From an uncultured delta proteobacterium (GTDB taxonomy: Bacteria; Desulfobacterota; WTBG01; CAIYCZ01; CAIRTM01), in the NCBI GenBank assembly GCA_963804955.1, contig CAWDSQ010000010.1, positions 1 through 64,000 of the forward strand: a stretch of 64,000 nucleotides of DNA. Reading direction: 5' to 3'. The notes beneath the pieces are model-generated. The model saw only the letters and a list, made by a program, of their open reading frames with translations. It had not been told where the DNA came from and did no database searches. Shown here one piece after another: positions 18,423 through 29,477 of this stretch (position 1 is its first letter; every line of letters starts with the position of its first letter). Both the position numbers and the translations under genes were made by a program.

Positions 18423-21301
18423 GTGACGCTGAAACAGAAGATGGAACCCCGGAGGCAGTGGCTGCACAGGCGCCTGGTGAGAGCCTGCACAGGCATGTGC
18501 CTGCTTGCCGTGCTGTGTTTGTTTGTCCGTGATGCCTCAGCCCAGGCGGCAGGCGGCATTCGCGGCACGGTGACCGATGCCGCGAAAAAACCCCTTGCCG
18601 AGGTTGGCGTGGAGATATCGGAAGTATCGGGTAAACCAGTGCAGGGCGGGTTCGTGCTCACCGGCCGCGACGGCGGCTTCGTGCTGCAGGTGCCCCCAGG
18701 AGCCTATGACCTTAAAGTAACCGCTCCTGGCCATGAGCCCAGAACATTCAAGGGATTGAACGTGAAAGCAGGTGGATTTACCGAGCAGCAGGTAACGCTT
18801 TCGGGCTCGACCGTGCAGATAGATGAAATGAAGGTTGTGGGAAAGCCCCGGCAGGCCAGCGATTTTACCCAGATGATGAAGCGGCAGGCAGCCGCGGGCA
18901 TTATGGACAATATTGCCGCCGATACCATTAAGAAAATTCCCGAGTCCGATGTGGCGGGCATTCTCACGCGCATGCCCGGCGTGGTTATATCCGAGGGTAA
19001 ATACATGCAGGCCCGGGGCATGACCAAGCGCTATAACAATACCATCCTCAACGGCGCCGTGGTGCCGACGACGCGGCCCAATGAAAAGCTCACGCCCCTT
19101 GATCTTTTTCCGGGCGGCGTTGTCGATTCCATCAGCGTTGCCAAGACCTTTACGCCCGACCTGCCGGGAAATTTTTCCGGGGGCCTGTGCCAGATAAAAA
19201 CCAAGGCCCTGCCCGACGGCCCGCAGGTGAAGCTGGGCTATACGGCCAAATACAATACCGAGACAACGGGCGAGGATTATCTGACCTACAATGGCGGCGG
19301 CAAAGACTGGGCCGGCTATGACGACGGCACGCGCAAGCTCCCCCATATCATTCCCGGAATAAAAATAGGGAACACTGACAAGGACACGGCCGGCTCCGTG
19401 GGCGTCAGCGCACGAGAGCGCGAAAAATTAGGCGAATCGTTCGACAATACCTGGAACACGCACAGGCGCAATGCGCATCTGCAGTCCGACTATGAGTTTA
19501 CCGCCGGCGACCGCATGGGCAAGTTCGGCCTGGTCATGTCAACCTATTATAAAAGCGACATCAAGAACTATATTGATGAAGAAAGAACCTATTACGCGTA
19601 TGCCCCGGCTTCCCCCGGCGGCCAAGATCCTGCCCTCAGCTATGATTTTGAGCGATCGCGACTAATCATCAAGGAAGGCGGCCTGCTCAACTTCGGCTAT
19701 GAATTCAGCGCCGACCATAAAATGTATTTCACTAATTTTTACAACCGCAACACCACTGACGAGGCCCGCATCGCCCTGTCGACGTACCACACCGACGACG
19801 CAAGCTATTACAAGACGACGAAACTGCGCTATATCGAGGAGGAATTCTACTCGGGCGGCGTGGCGGGCGACCATAGGTTTGACGAGCTTTTAAAAAGCCG
19901 TGTCAAGTGGCGCTATAATTTTTCCCTGGCCCGGATGAATGATCCCGACCAGCGGTCGAATACGTATGAATTTGTTAGAGATATTAATGGAAATCCTACG
20001 GGGGAGTACATTCTGTCATCAAAAAAGGCCGAGGCTCTGCTGCGGCAGTTCTCCGAACAGGATGAGGACATGGATGATCTGGCTGTTGACTGGTCTTTGG
20101 AAGCGCCGAGCCCCTGGTCATGGCTGGAGCCCAAATTTCAGTTCGGCGCCGCCTACACAAAGCGCGACCGCGATTTCTATATGCGCCGGTTCGCCTTCGG
20201 TACTAGTAAGTCTCGACAGGTACAAATTTGATTTGACGCAGGACCCCGAAACCCTGCTGCAGCCCCAGAACATCAACCAGCAGGGATTTTATCTGCAGGA
20301 AACAACTCTCCCCAATGATACCTATACAGCCGGGGAAAGGCTGGCGGCAGGCTATGCCATGCTCGACTTCACCTTTTTTGAGCAGGTCCAGCTGCTGGGC
20401 GGCGTGCGCCTCGAGCGCGACAAGACCAGTCTCGACTCCATAAGTCTGTTTGATCCTAATAAAAGACATCAACACCACGCTCATTGACAATACCTGGGAG
20501 CCTTCGGTGAACCTGAAGTACAGCCCCTGTTAAAGACATGAATTTCCGGCTGGGGTTCAGCCGCACGGTCTCGCGGCCCGAGTTCCACGAGCTTGCGCCC
20601 TTTCTATTCTACCGATGTCGTCGGCGGCTACGGCATGAAGGGCAACCCGGACCTGCAGGTCGCGAAAATCAAGAATTACGACTTTCGCTGGGAATGGTTT
20701 ATCAACCGGCAGGACATTCTTGCCGTGAGCCTGTTCTATAAAGACATCACCAATGCCATAGAGCCCAGTAATTCTAGAACGAAGAATGGGGTCCATAACT
20801 ACACCAATGCCGATGACGCCTGGCTCAAGGGCGTGGAGTTTGAGGTGCGCAAAAACCTGGGCTTTGCCTGGTCGGGAGTGCGGCACTGGACCATTACCGG
20901 CAATTATGTCTATGCCGAATCGGAATCAACCATTCGGCGAACATACCTCGAATTTCATCCCCTTAACAGACAAGCGGCCCCTTGTGGGGCAGCCGGAAAA
21001 CATGGTGAACCTGGCCCTTGAGTACGATAACCCCGACTGGGGCTTCACTGCCCGCTTCATGTATCAGTACACTGACGAGCGCGTGGATCAAATCGCCGGC
21101 AATGATCTGCCCAATATTATTGAAAAAGAGCATGACCGGTTTGACCTGGTGCTTATCAAAACCTTCGGCAAGCACTGGGACGTGAAATTTACCGCGCAGA
21201 ATCTCAATAATGAGCCTTACACCGTGACGCAGGGCGGCCAGATTTATCATACCTACAAGGTAGGCCGGACCTTCAAGCTGGGAGTTTCCTGGAAATGGTA
21301 G
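18423..21301 (+). CDS. TonB-dependent outer-membrane receptor (several frameshifts)
   Basis: CarboxypepD-like N-domain, plug (RMPGV..RG...RYN...LNG), SRTVSRPEF.ELAPF, GNPDL, C-terminal ..GVSWKW. Split over about five ORF pieces. Confidence 0.9.
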
Positions 21302-21327
21302 CAAAAACAAAACACTGTGTAGGGCTA

Positions 21328-21513
21328 TGGGTATCTCCCAAGCTGAAGCTCTATGAGGCAGCCGGGAGAAATCCCGGGCTGAAGTAAAAACAAGGGCGTT
21401 AAGAGTTCTCATCCCGCTTCCAGCGGGATTCGAAATGACAGCAAGGGCAATTACGACGCAGTCTCAAAAGCAGGTATCCAGAAATCAGTATTACTGCAGC
21501 TTTGTGGATGACC
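21328..21513. mobile_element. MITE-like element, family A
   Basis: Ends TGGGTATCTCCCAAGCTG and CAGCTTTGTGGATGACC; shares an internal segment with 12821-13063. Confidence 0.55.
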
Positions 21514-21539
21514 GGATAATTTTAATAGAATACAAAAAA

Positions 21540-21582
21540 TTAATTCAATGTTAACGCAAAATTAAAATGCAAATGGTACTGT
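21540..21582 (+). promoter_or_regulatory. Pho-box-like array (3 clear repeats) plus -10 (TACTGT)
   Basis: TTAA at 21540, 21551, 21562; -10 at 21577. Confidence 0.65.
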
Positions 21583-21640
21583 TTATCAGAATAGAGGGCT
21601 ATGCTGCTTGACTGGACTTACCCCTTTACATTGTTTTTTA

Positions 21641-21807
21641 TGGGTATCCACAAAGCTGAACCTGCCGGCAGGTTCAGCATGTATACACCAAATGGATTCC
21701 CGCCTGCGCGGGCATGACAAGATTTTTTAGTCTGTTGCGTTGCAAACTAACATCCCCCCGAAAGCGGGGCTACAGACACTGATGCGGTTCAGCTTTGTGG
21801 ATAACCA
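21641..21807. mobile_element. MITE-like element, family A
   Basis: TGGGTATCCACAAAGCTGAACC ... GGTTCAGCTTTGTGGATAACCA near-perfect 22-bp TIR. Confidence 0.7.
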
Positions 21808-21907
21808 GATTGTAGAGAAAGGAGGTGCCGGAGCAAACCAAAAACATGAGAAAAAAAAGCTATCGGGCCTATTCAAACAACAACGGACACAAAAAGGGAG
21901 ATATATC

Positions 21908-23499
21908 ATGAAAAAAATATTGAGCGCTATAGCGCTGGCCGCCATGCTGATAACGGCGGCAAACAGTCATGCCCAGACGGTCGTGCAGGGACAGATTACC
22001 AGCAACACCACCTGGAGCAGCGATGTGCTGATCAGAGGTCCTCTGTTCGTGCGCAGCGGCGCCACCCTGACGGTTACGGCAGGCACCACGGTTTACGGCG
22101 AAAAGGCTACTCTTGCAGCTCTTATTATCGACCGGGGCGCAAAATTGAATGCCGTCGGCACGATGGACAACCCGGTTCTCTTCACCAGCGACCAGCCTGC
22201 GGGTACGCAGGAACGCGCCGACTGGGGCGGACTCATCATCAACGGCTACTCAACCCTGAACGTACCCGGCGGCACGAAATCGGGCGAAGGCGACACCGGC
22301 ATTTTCGGCTGCACGCCTGGCGTTAACTGCAATGAGGCCGACAACAGCGGCACCCTGCAGTATGTGCGCGTGGAGTACGGCGGAATACAGTTCACCCCCG
22401 ATAACGAGCTCAACGGCATCGCCTTCCAGGGCGTGGGCTCCGGCACCACCGTTGACCATGTGCAGGTGCATATGAGCAAGGATGACTGCCTCGAGTTTTT
22501 CGGCGGTACGGTCAGCGTGAAATACGCGATCATGAGCGCCTGCGGCGACGACTCTCTTGACTGGACCGACGGCTGGCGCGGCAATGGCCAGTTTCTGGTG
22601 GTGCAGCAGAAGGGCGACGAGGCTGACGCCGGCATCGAGGCCGATAACTATGAGTTTGGACACGACAACCTGCCCCGCTCCAACCCCACGCTGTACAATT
22701 TGACCGTTGTGGGCGATCCGTGCCATCGGATCAACGAGCACCCGGGGCATGCGCCCCCGCCGCGGCACCGCGGGCAAGATTCGCAATGCCATCGTCATGG
22801 GCTTTGCCACGAATTCAGGCTGCGATATCGATGATGCCGCGACCTTCACTCAGGCAACAGCCGGCAACCTGGTCATCGACAATAATATTTTCTATAATAA
22901 CCTCGAGAAGCTTTGCCACCGACAGCGAAGCCTTTCTGGGCACGACCATGCAGAACAATGAGACAGTAAATCCCCTGCTGGGCGCACCCTACAACCTGAC
23001 AGCTCCGGATTTCCGCCCGGCTGCAGGTTCACCGGCCATTACCGGCGCCGTGCCGGTTGCCGCTCCTCCGGCGGGCAACAGCTATATCATCGCCACCGAT
23101 TATATCGGCGCGGTTGATCCCGACAGTGACTGGACACGGGCTGCCTGGACCAGCTATGGCACGGCTGCCTGGTCCCCTGATGATGCAGACGATGACGGCA
23201 TTTCGAATAGCGTTGACAACTGCCCGACTTCCTACAATCCCCAGCAGCGTGATGCCGACACTGACGGCGTAGGCGACGTGTGCGATACCACCCCGGGCTG
23301 CGGCGGCTGCGGCGAGGCTGCCTGTGAGGATGTTGATGCAGACAACGACGGTATTATTAATAATGTTGATAACTGCCCGAGCACGTGCAATGCTCAGCAG
23401 CGTGATGCTGATCTGGACGGAATAGGCGACGTGTGCGATACCACGCCCGGCTGCGGCGGCTGCGGCCAGGCTGCCTGCGAGACGGTCTGTACGCTGTAA
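21908..23499 (+). CDS. Secreted parallel beta-helix protein with C-terminal TSP3-like Ca-binding repeats (frameshifted)
   Basis: Signal peptide, WGGLIING, DNSGTLQYVRVEYGG, NELNGIAFQGVGSGT, DD..EFFGG; C-terminal DNCP..NPQQRDAD.DG.GDVCD x2. Confidence 0.8.
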
Positions 23500-23521
23500 T
23501 AAACAACGTACATAACAAATA

Positions 23522-23556
23522 AGGATTGAGCTGACCTGCAAGGTCAGCTCAATCCT
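23522..23556. other. Strong intergenic stem-loop (mRNA stabiliser or terminator)
   Basis: AGGATTGAGCTGACC-tgcaa-GGTCAGCTCAATCCT, without a U-run. Confidence 0.6.
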
Positions 23557-23582
23557 AAATTTATCGAAGGAGGAAAAGTATC

Positions 23583-25465
23583 ATGAAAAAAATATTGAGC
23601 GCCATAGCGATGGCCGCCATGCTGATAACGGCGGCAAACAGCCATGCCCAGACGGTCGTGCAGGGACGAGATTACCAGCAACACCACCTGGAGCAGCGAT
23701 GTGCTGATCAGAGGACCTCTGTTCGTGCGCAGCGGCGCCACCCTGACGGTTACGGCAGGCACCACGGTTTACGGCGAAAAGGCTACTCTTGCAGCTCTTA
23801 TTATCGACCGCGGCGCAAAACTGAATGCCATCGGCACCAAGGACAGCCCGGTTCTCTTCACCAGCGATCAACCTGCGGGTACGCAGCAACGCGCCGACTG
23901 GGGCGGAATCATCATCAACGGCTACTCAACCCTGAACGTACCCGGCGGCACGAAAACGGGCGAAGGCGACACCGGCGTCTTCGGCTGCACGGCCGGCGTT
24001 GACTGCAATGAGGCCGACAACAGCGGCACGCTCCAGTTTGTGCGCGTGGAGTACGGCGGCATTCAGTTCACCCCCGATAACGAGCTCAACGGCATCGCCT
24101 TTCAGGCCGTGGGCTCCGGCACCACCGTTGACCATGTGCAGGTGCATATGAGCAAGGATGACTGTATCGAATTTTTCGGCGGCACGGTCAGCATGAAAAA
24201 CGCCATTATGAGCGCCTGCGGCGACGATTCTCTTGACTGGACAGACGGCTGGCGCGGCAATGGCCAGTTTCTGGTGGTGCAGCAGAAGGGCGACGAGGCT
24301 GACCGCGGCATCGAGGCCGATAACTATGAGTTTGGACACGACAACCTGCCCCGCTCCAACCCCACGCTGTACAATTTGACCATTGTGGGCGATCCGGCCA
24401 CCGGATCAACGAGCAACCGGGGCATGACCATCCGCCGCGGCACCGCGGGTAACATCCGCAATTCCATCATCATGGGCTTTGCCACGAATGCAGGCTGCGA
24501 TATCGATGATGACGCGACCTTCACTCAGGCAACAGCCGGCAACCTGGTCATCGACAATAATATTTTCTACAACAATCTCAGGAGCTTTGCCACCGATTCC
24601 GAGGCATTCCTGGGCACGACCATGCAGCACAATGAGACCCGCAACCCGCTGCTGGGCCTGCCCTATGACCAGTCGGCCCCGGATTTCCGCCCGGATGCAG
24701 ATTCACCCGCCCTGGACAACGACACGGTTCCGGTTGCCGCTCCTCCGGCGGGCAACAGCTATATCATCTCCACCGATTATATCGGCGCTGTTGATCCCGA
24801 TAATGACTGGACACGGGCTGCCTGGACAACCTATGGCGAGGCTGCCTGGACTCCTGACGACTGCACCGATGCCGACGAAGACGGCTACTCTATAGAAGGC
24901 GGCGACTGCGGCGCGGTTGACTGCAATGACGGTAATGCCGCCATCAACCCCGGCGCAAACGAAACCTGTGAAGACGGTGTGGACAATGACTGCGACGGCC
25001 AGGTTGATGAAGGTTGCGACAACTGTACCGACGCCGACAATGACACCTATGCCGTTGAAGGCGGCGACTGCGGCCAGGTTGACTGCAATGACGGTAATGC
25101 CGCCATCAACCCAGGCGCAAACGAAACCTGTGAAGACGGTGTGGACAATGACTGCGACGGCCAGGTTGATGAAGGGTGCGACAACGCGACAGAGTGCGTC
25201 CTGACCGTGCGGCCGGCTACGGTATACAAATTCCTGAGCTGGGTTTTCCCGCTCAGGTTATATTCGCTGCAGGGCGACGGCAATGCGGTACTCACCTCTG
25301 ACGACGAACTCGACTGGGGAACTCCGGGGATCACAACATTGAGCGCCCGGGTTACCGGCGCAGCGCGCTATCAGGGGCATTATTTTTGTGCGGCCACGGC
25401 TTATTGAAGCAGGAACATATGATGTGACGGTAGGCAACTGCGCCGGCACGATCGAAATAAAATAA
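23583..25465 (+). CDS. Paralogous secreted beta-helix protein with two C-terminal MopE-like putative metal-binding repeats (frameshifted)
   Basis: N-terminal ~1.25 kb is nearly identical to the 21908 gene. The tail has DCNDGNAAINPGANETCEDGVDNDCDGQVDEG twice (162-bp period). Confidence 0.8.
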
Positions 25466-25538
25466 GGCTTTTCCGCTTGCATTGGATGCGGGCTCTGCCT
25501 GCATCCAATGCAAGCGGAGTTATTCTGAAAGAATTCTC

Positions 25539-26105
25539 ATGAAGAAGCACTGTTATCAGCAATCAAAAAAACCGTCCGCCAGACTCCTGTGCACTACTGC
25601 CGCCCTCGGCGTTCTGCTGCTGTTCTGCCTTGGCCTTCTGCAGGGCTGCTCTTTCTTCGGAAGCGAGCCGGACGCGAAAGGCTGGTTCGGCTCCGCCGAC
25701 GAGCTTGCCCGGGGCGTTGCGCAGGCGCTTGCCGCAAATGACCGGGAGGCGCTTGACCGCTTCCGCATCAGCCGGGATGAATACATGGCCATTGTGTGGC
25801 CCGAGCTGCCGGTCAGCAAAATTGAGCAGTGGAAAAGCCAGTCGGGGTTTGTCTGGTCGCAGCATGCCGCAAAATCAGACGCGGGTCTGCGTATGATCCT
25901 CGGCCTCTTCGGTGGCAAAACTCTCACGATACGGTCCGTCACATGCAAATCGCCGGCGAAGGAATATGCCACGTTCAAACTGCATGTGCGGCCTGTGGTA
26001 GAGGTTGTAGACCAGTCCGGCGCCAAACAGGCTGATCCCGTGCTCGGTACAATTATAGAACGTTCCGGCCGTTTCAAGGTTTTCAGCTATTCCATCAAAA
26101 ATTAG
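25539..26105 (+). CDS. Putative lipoprotein
   Basis: Hydrophobic stretch ending LLQGC (lipobox-like). Confidence 0.6.
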   Translation: MKKHCYQQSKKPSARLLCTTAALGVLLLFCLGLLQGCSFFGSEPDAKGWFGSADELARGVAQALAANDREALDRFRISRDEYMAIVWPELPVSKIEQWKSQSGFVWSQHAAKSDAGLRMILGLFGGKTLTIRSVTCKSPAKEYATFKLHVRPVVEVVDQSGAKQADPVLGTIIERSGRFKVFSYSIKN

Positions 26106-26118
26106 AAGGAGTTTTTAC

Positions 26119-26649
26119 ATGAAAAAATTTTTATCAGCATCTTATAGTATTTCCCTGGCGGGACTGATTATGCTTTGCCTGGCGCTGCCGGCAACAGGGG
26201 CCGCTGCGGCCCGTGATGCGGGCTTCCTCGACAACAGCAGTGACAGCCCCAGACACTATGTTCTGCCGCTGTACCAGTTCGGGTATGAGGTTATAACCGA
26301 AGGCACGGCAAATTATACTATTGAACGCACTATGCGCAAAAATTTTCCGTTTGATATGGATATTACGGTTATTTACGCCTGGGGCTATACGGGAGATAAC
26401 TTCAACATAAAGGTGACCGATCTCGGCGACAGGGGTGACCGGCTGTTTGCCTGCGCCATAGCAGTTTACAACGGCAGAGCAACGACCGAGTGGGGCACCA
26501 TGTACAGCTCCAGCAGCCAGAATTCTTTCGACGTAACCGTGCCCATGGAGTCGCCGGGGGGCTATATTTATCTGCTGTCGGGATATTTTACACCCTCGCT
26601 GGGCGAGGAGCCCTTCAGCTACAGCATGACATTAGCGTTTCCGCGCTAG
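26119..26649 (+). CDS. Secreted hypothetical protein
   Basis: AGGAG RBS and signal peptide. Confidence 0.65.
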   Translation: MKKFLSASYSISLAGLIMLCLALPATGAAAARDAGFLDNSSDSPRHYVLPLYQFGYEVITEGTANYTIERTMRKNFPFDMDITVIYAWGYTGDNFNIKVTDLGDRGDRLFACAIAVYNGRATTEWGTMYSSSSQNSFDVTVPMESPGGYIYLLSGYFTPSLGEEPFSYSMTLAFPR

Positions 26650-26726
26650 TCCTTTGAGGCAGAGCGTGTATGGGTTCAGCGTATGCAGAATCGTATCACA
26701 GGAAGAGCGGTAGCGCGATTGACGGT

Positions 26727-27420
26727 ATGATAAGCAGGCAGAAAAATATTGCACTGGTAGAAGATGACCCCGATATCGCCGAACTGATCATCCTGCATCT
26801 AAAAAAGAGCAGCTATGATGTTACTGCTTTCCCGGACGGCGCAAGCTTCCTGCATTTCCTGGAAACAGAGGTTCCCGCGCTTGTGCTGCTTGATCTGATG
26901 CTGCCGGATATCGATGGGCTTGAAATCTGCAAGATCATGCGCGATCGCGAAATGCTTGCCGCCGTGCCTATCTTAATCGTCACGGCTAAAAGCCTGGAGA
27001 TGGACAAGGTTCTCGGGCTTGAACTGGGAGCTGATGATTATCTGACCAAGCCGTTTTCTCCCAAGGAGCTTGTTGCGACGGGTCAGGGCGCTCTTGCGCC
27101 GGCAGGCGCCGGTGGATCAGCAGGCGCAGCGTATCGAGGTGGGCGGTGTTTTGACCCTTGATCTTGTCAGGCATGAGCTTACCGTTCGCGACCGGCGCGT
27201 CGAACTTACCTTCACGGAGTTTAAAATTCTTGAACTGCTTGCAGCAAAAAAAGGATGGGTGTTCAGCAGGGAGAAGATTTTAAACCATCTCTGGGGGGAG
27301 GGGAAAGCAGTCATTGACCGTACGATTGACGTTCATATACGGCACTTGCGCACAAAGCTGGGATCGGATGCGCAGTTCATCAAAAACATCCGGGGCGTCG
27401 GGTACAAGGTGGAAGAATAG
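26727..27420 (+). CDS. OmpR/PhoB-family response regulator (frameshift ~27078)
   Basis: VEDD, LLDLMLP, TAK, GADDYLTKPFSP receiver; LTFTEF, RTIDVHIRHLR, IRGVGY winged helix. Confidence 0.9.
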
Positions 27421-27495
27421 CCGCCCTTCAGCACGGTTTGACAATAAGGAGGCTGTGGTCTGAAAACTCCGGCTTCACACATGCCTGCTGCAACC

Positions 27496-27753
27496 CTAAC
27501 GGTTGGGCCTTCTGCTTTTTGCTGTTTCGGATTTCAGATATTTTTTTATCTGCCTTGCGGTATCGTTATGATTTTTGCCGGCTGCAAAATTTTTTCGGTA
27601 ATTTCCGTTTCGGGCGATAGTTTCGGCCGCCCTTGAATCAAGTTTCATAATTCCCCGTTTCAGCCAGGCCCCCGGATCAAAGGCCTGCACTGACTGCGCC
27701 GGTAGCACGAAGCATACTGCAACAATGAGTCCAAGAAAAAGTTTGCCTTTCAT
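27496..27753 (-). CDS. Small secreted hypothetical protein
   Basis: GGAGG RBS and signal peptide MKGKLFLGLIVAVCFVLPAQSVQA. Confidence 0.6.
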   Translation of the reverse strand: MKGKLFLGLIVAVCFVLPAQSVQAFDPGAWLKRGIMKLDSRAAETIARNGNYRKNFAAGKNHNDTARQIKKYLKSETAKSRRPNR

Positions 27754-27806
27754 AGCCTGCCTCCATCGCAATGTACAATCATCAGTTTTTCTGTTTCTCT
27801 GCAGGC

Positions 27807-27860
27807 AGTATGGCCTTAACGTATTAAGCGGATATAAAAATACGGTTAAGAATGTGTTAA
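27807..27860 (-). promoter_or_regulatory. Pho-box-like array plus -10 (CATACT)
   Basis: TTAA 27857, 27846, degenerate 27835, 27824; -10 at +15. Confidence 0.7.
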
Positions 27861-28002
27861 ATCATCAGATGGAAGGACTGGGTGTTGGAAATATACGGTC
27901 GCATTTAAGGGCTTAATAAAGAAACTAACACTGGGCTGGAGCGAGGCGCAGGCATCCGCAACAGCGGATCGGGCAGACACGGGTCTGCCCATGTGAAAAA
28001 CA

Positions 28003-28656
28003 TCAACTGATAGTATGATGCTTTATCACCCGGCCCTGAAGCATGAAAATGGTGTCTTCGGCGATATTGGTGGCAAGGTCGGCGATGCGCTCAAGGTTTT
28101 CGGCGATCCGCAGGATATTGATGCAGTGGCTTATGATGGAAGGATTTTCCGTCATGAAGGTGATGAGCTCACGCAAAATCTGGTTGCGCATGTCGTCGAT
28201 GATGCTGTCGCGGCGGCAGACCTCCATGGCAAGCTGCGGGTCTTCGTTGATGAACGACTCAATGACATCGGCAAGCATGCCCCGCACCAGCTCGCTCATG
28301 CGCGGTATGTCGATGAAGGGCTTGATGGGCGGCACCTGTATGAGCTCCAGGGCATTTTTTGAAATATTGACCGCATGGTCTCCCATGCGCTCTAAGGCGG
28401 CATTCATATCGTACACCACCAGGATCGTGCGCAGGTCCCTGGCCATGGGCTGAAACTGCGCTATCAGGTTGGTGCAGGCCTCATCGATATCCAGTTCGAA
28501 GCGGTTGGCCTTTGGCTCGTCCTGATCGACCAGCTCCAGCAGCAGTGTTTCATTGCGGCTTACCAGCCCCTTGACGCTTTTATCAATCATGCGTTCGATA
28601 TGGGCGCTGAACTGAATAATTTCGCCTTTGAGTTCATTTAATCGTTCCGGCTGCAT
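28003..28656 (-). CDS. phoU: Phosphate signalling protein PhoU (copy 1)
   Basis: QP.ARDLR, LERMGDHAVNI and LERIADLATNIAE motifs. Confidence 0.95.
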   Translation of the reverse strand: MQPERLNELKGEIIQFSAHIERMIDKSVKGLVSRNETLLLELVDQDEPKANRFELDIDEACTNLIAQFQPMARDLRTILVVYDMNAALERMGDHAVNISKNALELIQVPPIKPFIDIPRMSELVRGMLADVIESFINEDPQLAMEVCRRDSIIDDMRNQILRELITFMTENPSIISHCINILRIAENLERIADLATNIAEDTIFMLQGRVIKHHTIS

Positions 28657-28680
28657 GGTAGTTCCTTTCTTGGATTGCGC

Positions 28681-28711
28681 TGTAGGGGCTTATGGCACAT
28701 ACGCCCCTACA
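28681..28711. repeat. GTAG-type REP palindrome
   Basis: TGTAGGGGC...GCCCCTACA; a related GTAGGAGCG...CGCTCCTAC copy is at ~62800-62850. Confidence 0.6.
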
Positions 28712-28718
28712 ATTTGTA

Positions 28719-29477
28719 TCAACCAAATTTTCCTGACAAATATTCCTCTGTCCGTTTGTCATCGGGCACGGTGAACAGCTTTTCCGTGGTGCCGAATTCG
28801 ACAAGATCGCCCAGATACAGAAATGCGGTAAAGTCGGACACGCGGGCGGCCTGGGCAATATTGTGCGTGACAAGCAGTATGGTTACATTGTTTTTCAGCT
28901 CGCTGATAAGCTGCTCGATATGGGCCGTGGCCTTGGGGTCAAGGGCCGATGTGGGCTCGTCCATGAGCAGAATATCGGGGTTCATGGCAAGGGCCCGGGC
29001 AATGCACAGGCGCTGCTGCTGGCCGCCGGAGAGAAATGATCCCTTACGGTGGAGCCGGTCGCGCACTTCTTCCCACAGAGCGGCTTTGCGCAGAGATTCC
29101 TCGACAATGCGGTCGCGCTCATCTCTGCGGATTTTTATGCCGTTGAGATTGTACCCGGCAACCACATTGTCATAAATGCTCATGGTCGGAAAAGGATTGG
29201 GCCGCTGAAACACCATGCCGATCTTTTTTCGCACCATGATAGGGTTCATTTTATACAGATCCTCATCATGCAGGTAGATGCTCCCCGCAACCCCGGCATC
29301 GACGATAAGTTCATGCATGCGGTTGATGCAGCGGATGAGAGTAGTCTTCCCGCAGCCTGAAGGGCCCATGAGCGCCGTTACCTTGTTATGCTGGACCGAC
29401 AGATTAATGTCTTTGAGCACAGGGTTATCGCCGAAATGGGCGGAAAAATTCTCGACTCTTAAAACTGGACTTTCCAT
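28719..29477 (-). CDS. pstB: Phosphate ABC transporter ATPase PstB (system 1)
   Basis: GPSGCGKT, FQRPNPF, LSGGQQQRL, DEPTSALDP and VTHN all canonical. Confidence 0.95.
   Translation of the reverse strand: MESPVLRVENFSAHFGDNPVLKDINLSVQHNKVTALMGPSGCGKTTLIRCINRMHELIVDAGVAGSIYLHDEDLYKMNPIMVRKKIGMVFQRPNPFPTMSIYDNVVAGYNLNGIKIRRDERDRIVEESLRKAALWEEVRDRLHRKGSFLSGGQQQRLCIARALAMNPDILLMDEPTSALDPKATAHIEQLISELKNNVTILLVTHNIAQAARVSDFTAFLYLGDLVEFGTTEKLFTVPDDKRTEEYLSGKFG

Noticed and set aside
21796..21804. DnaA box suggesting oriC
   Set aside because: Isolated, inside a MITE TIR; no box cluster or dnaA.
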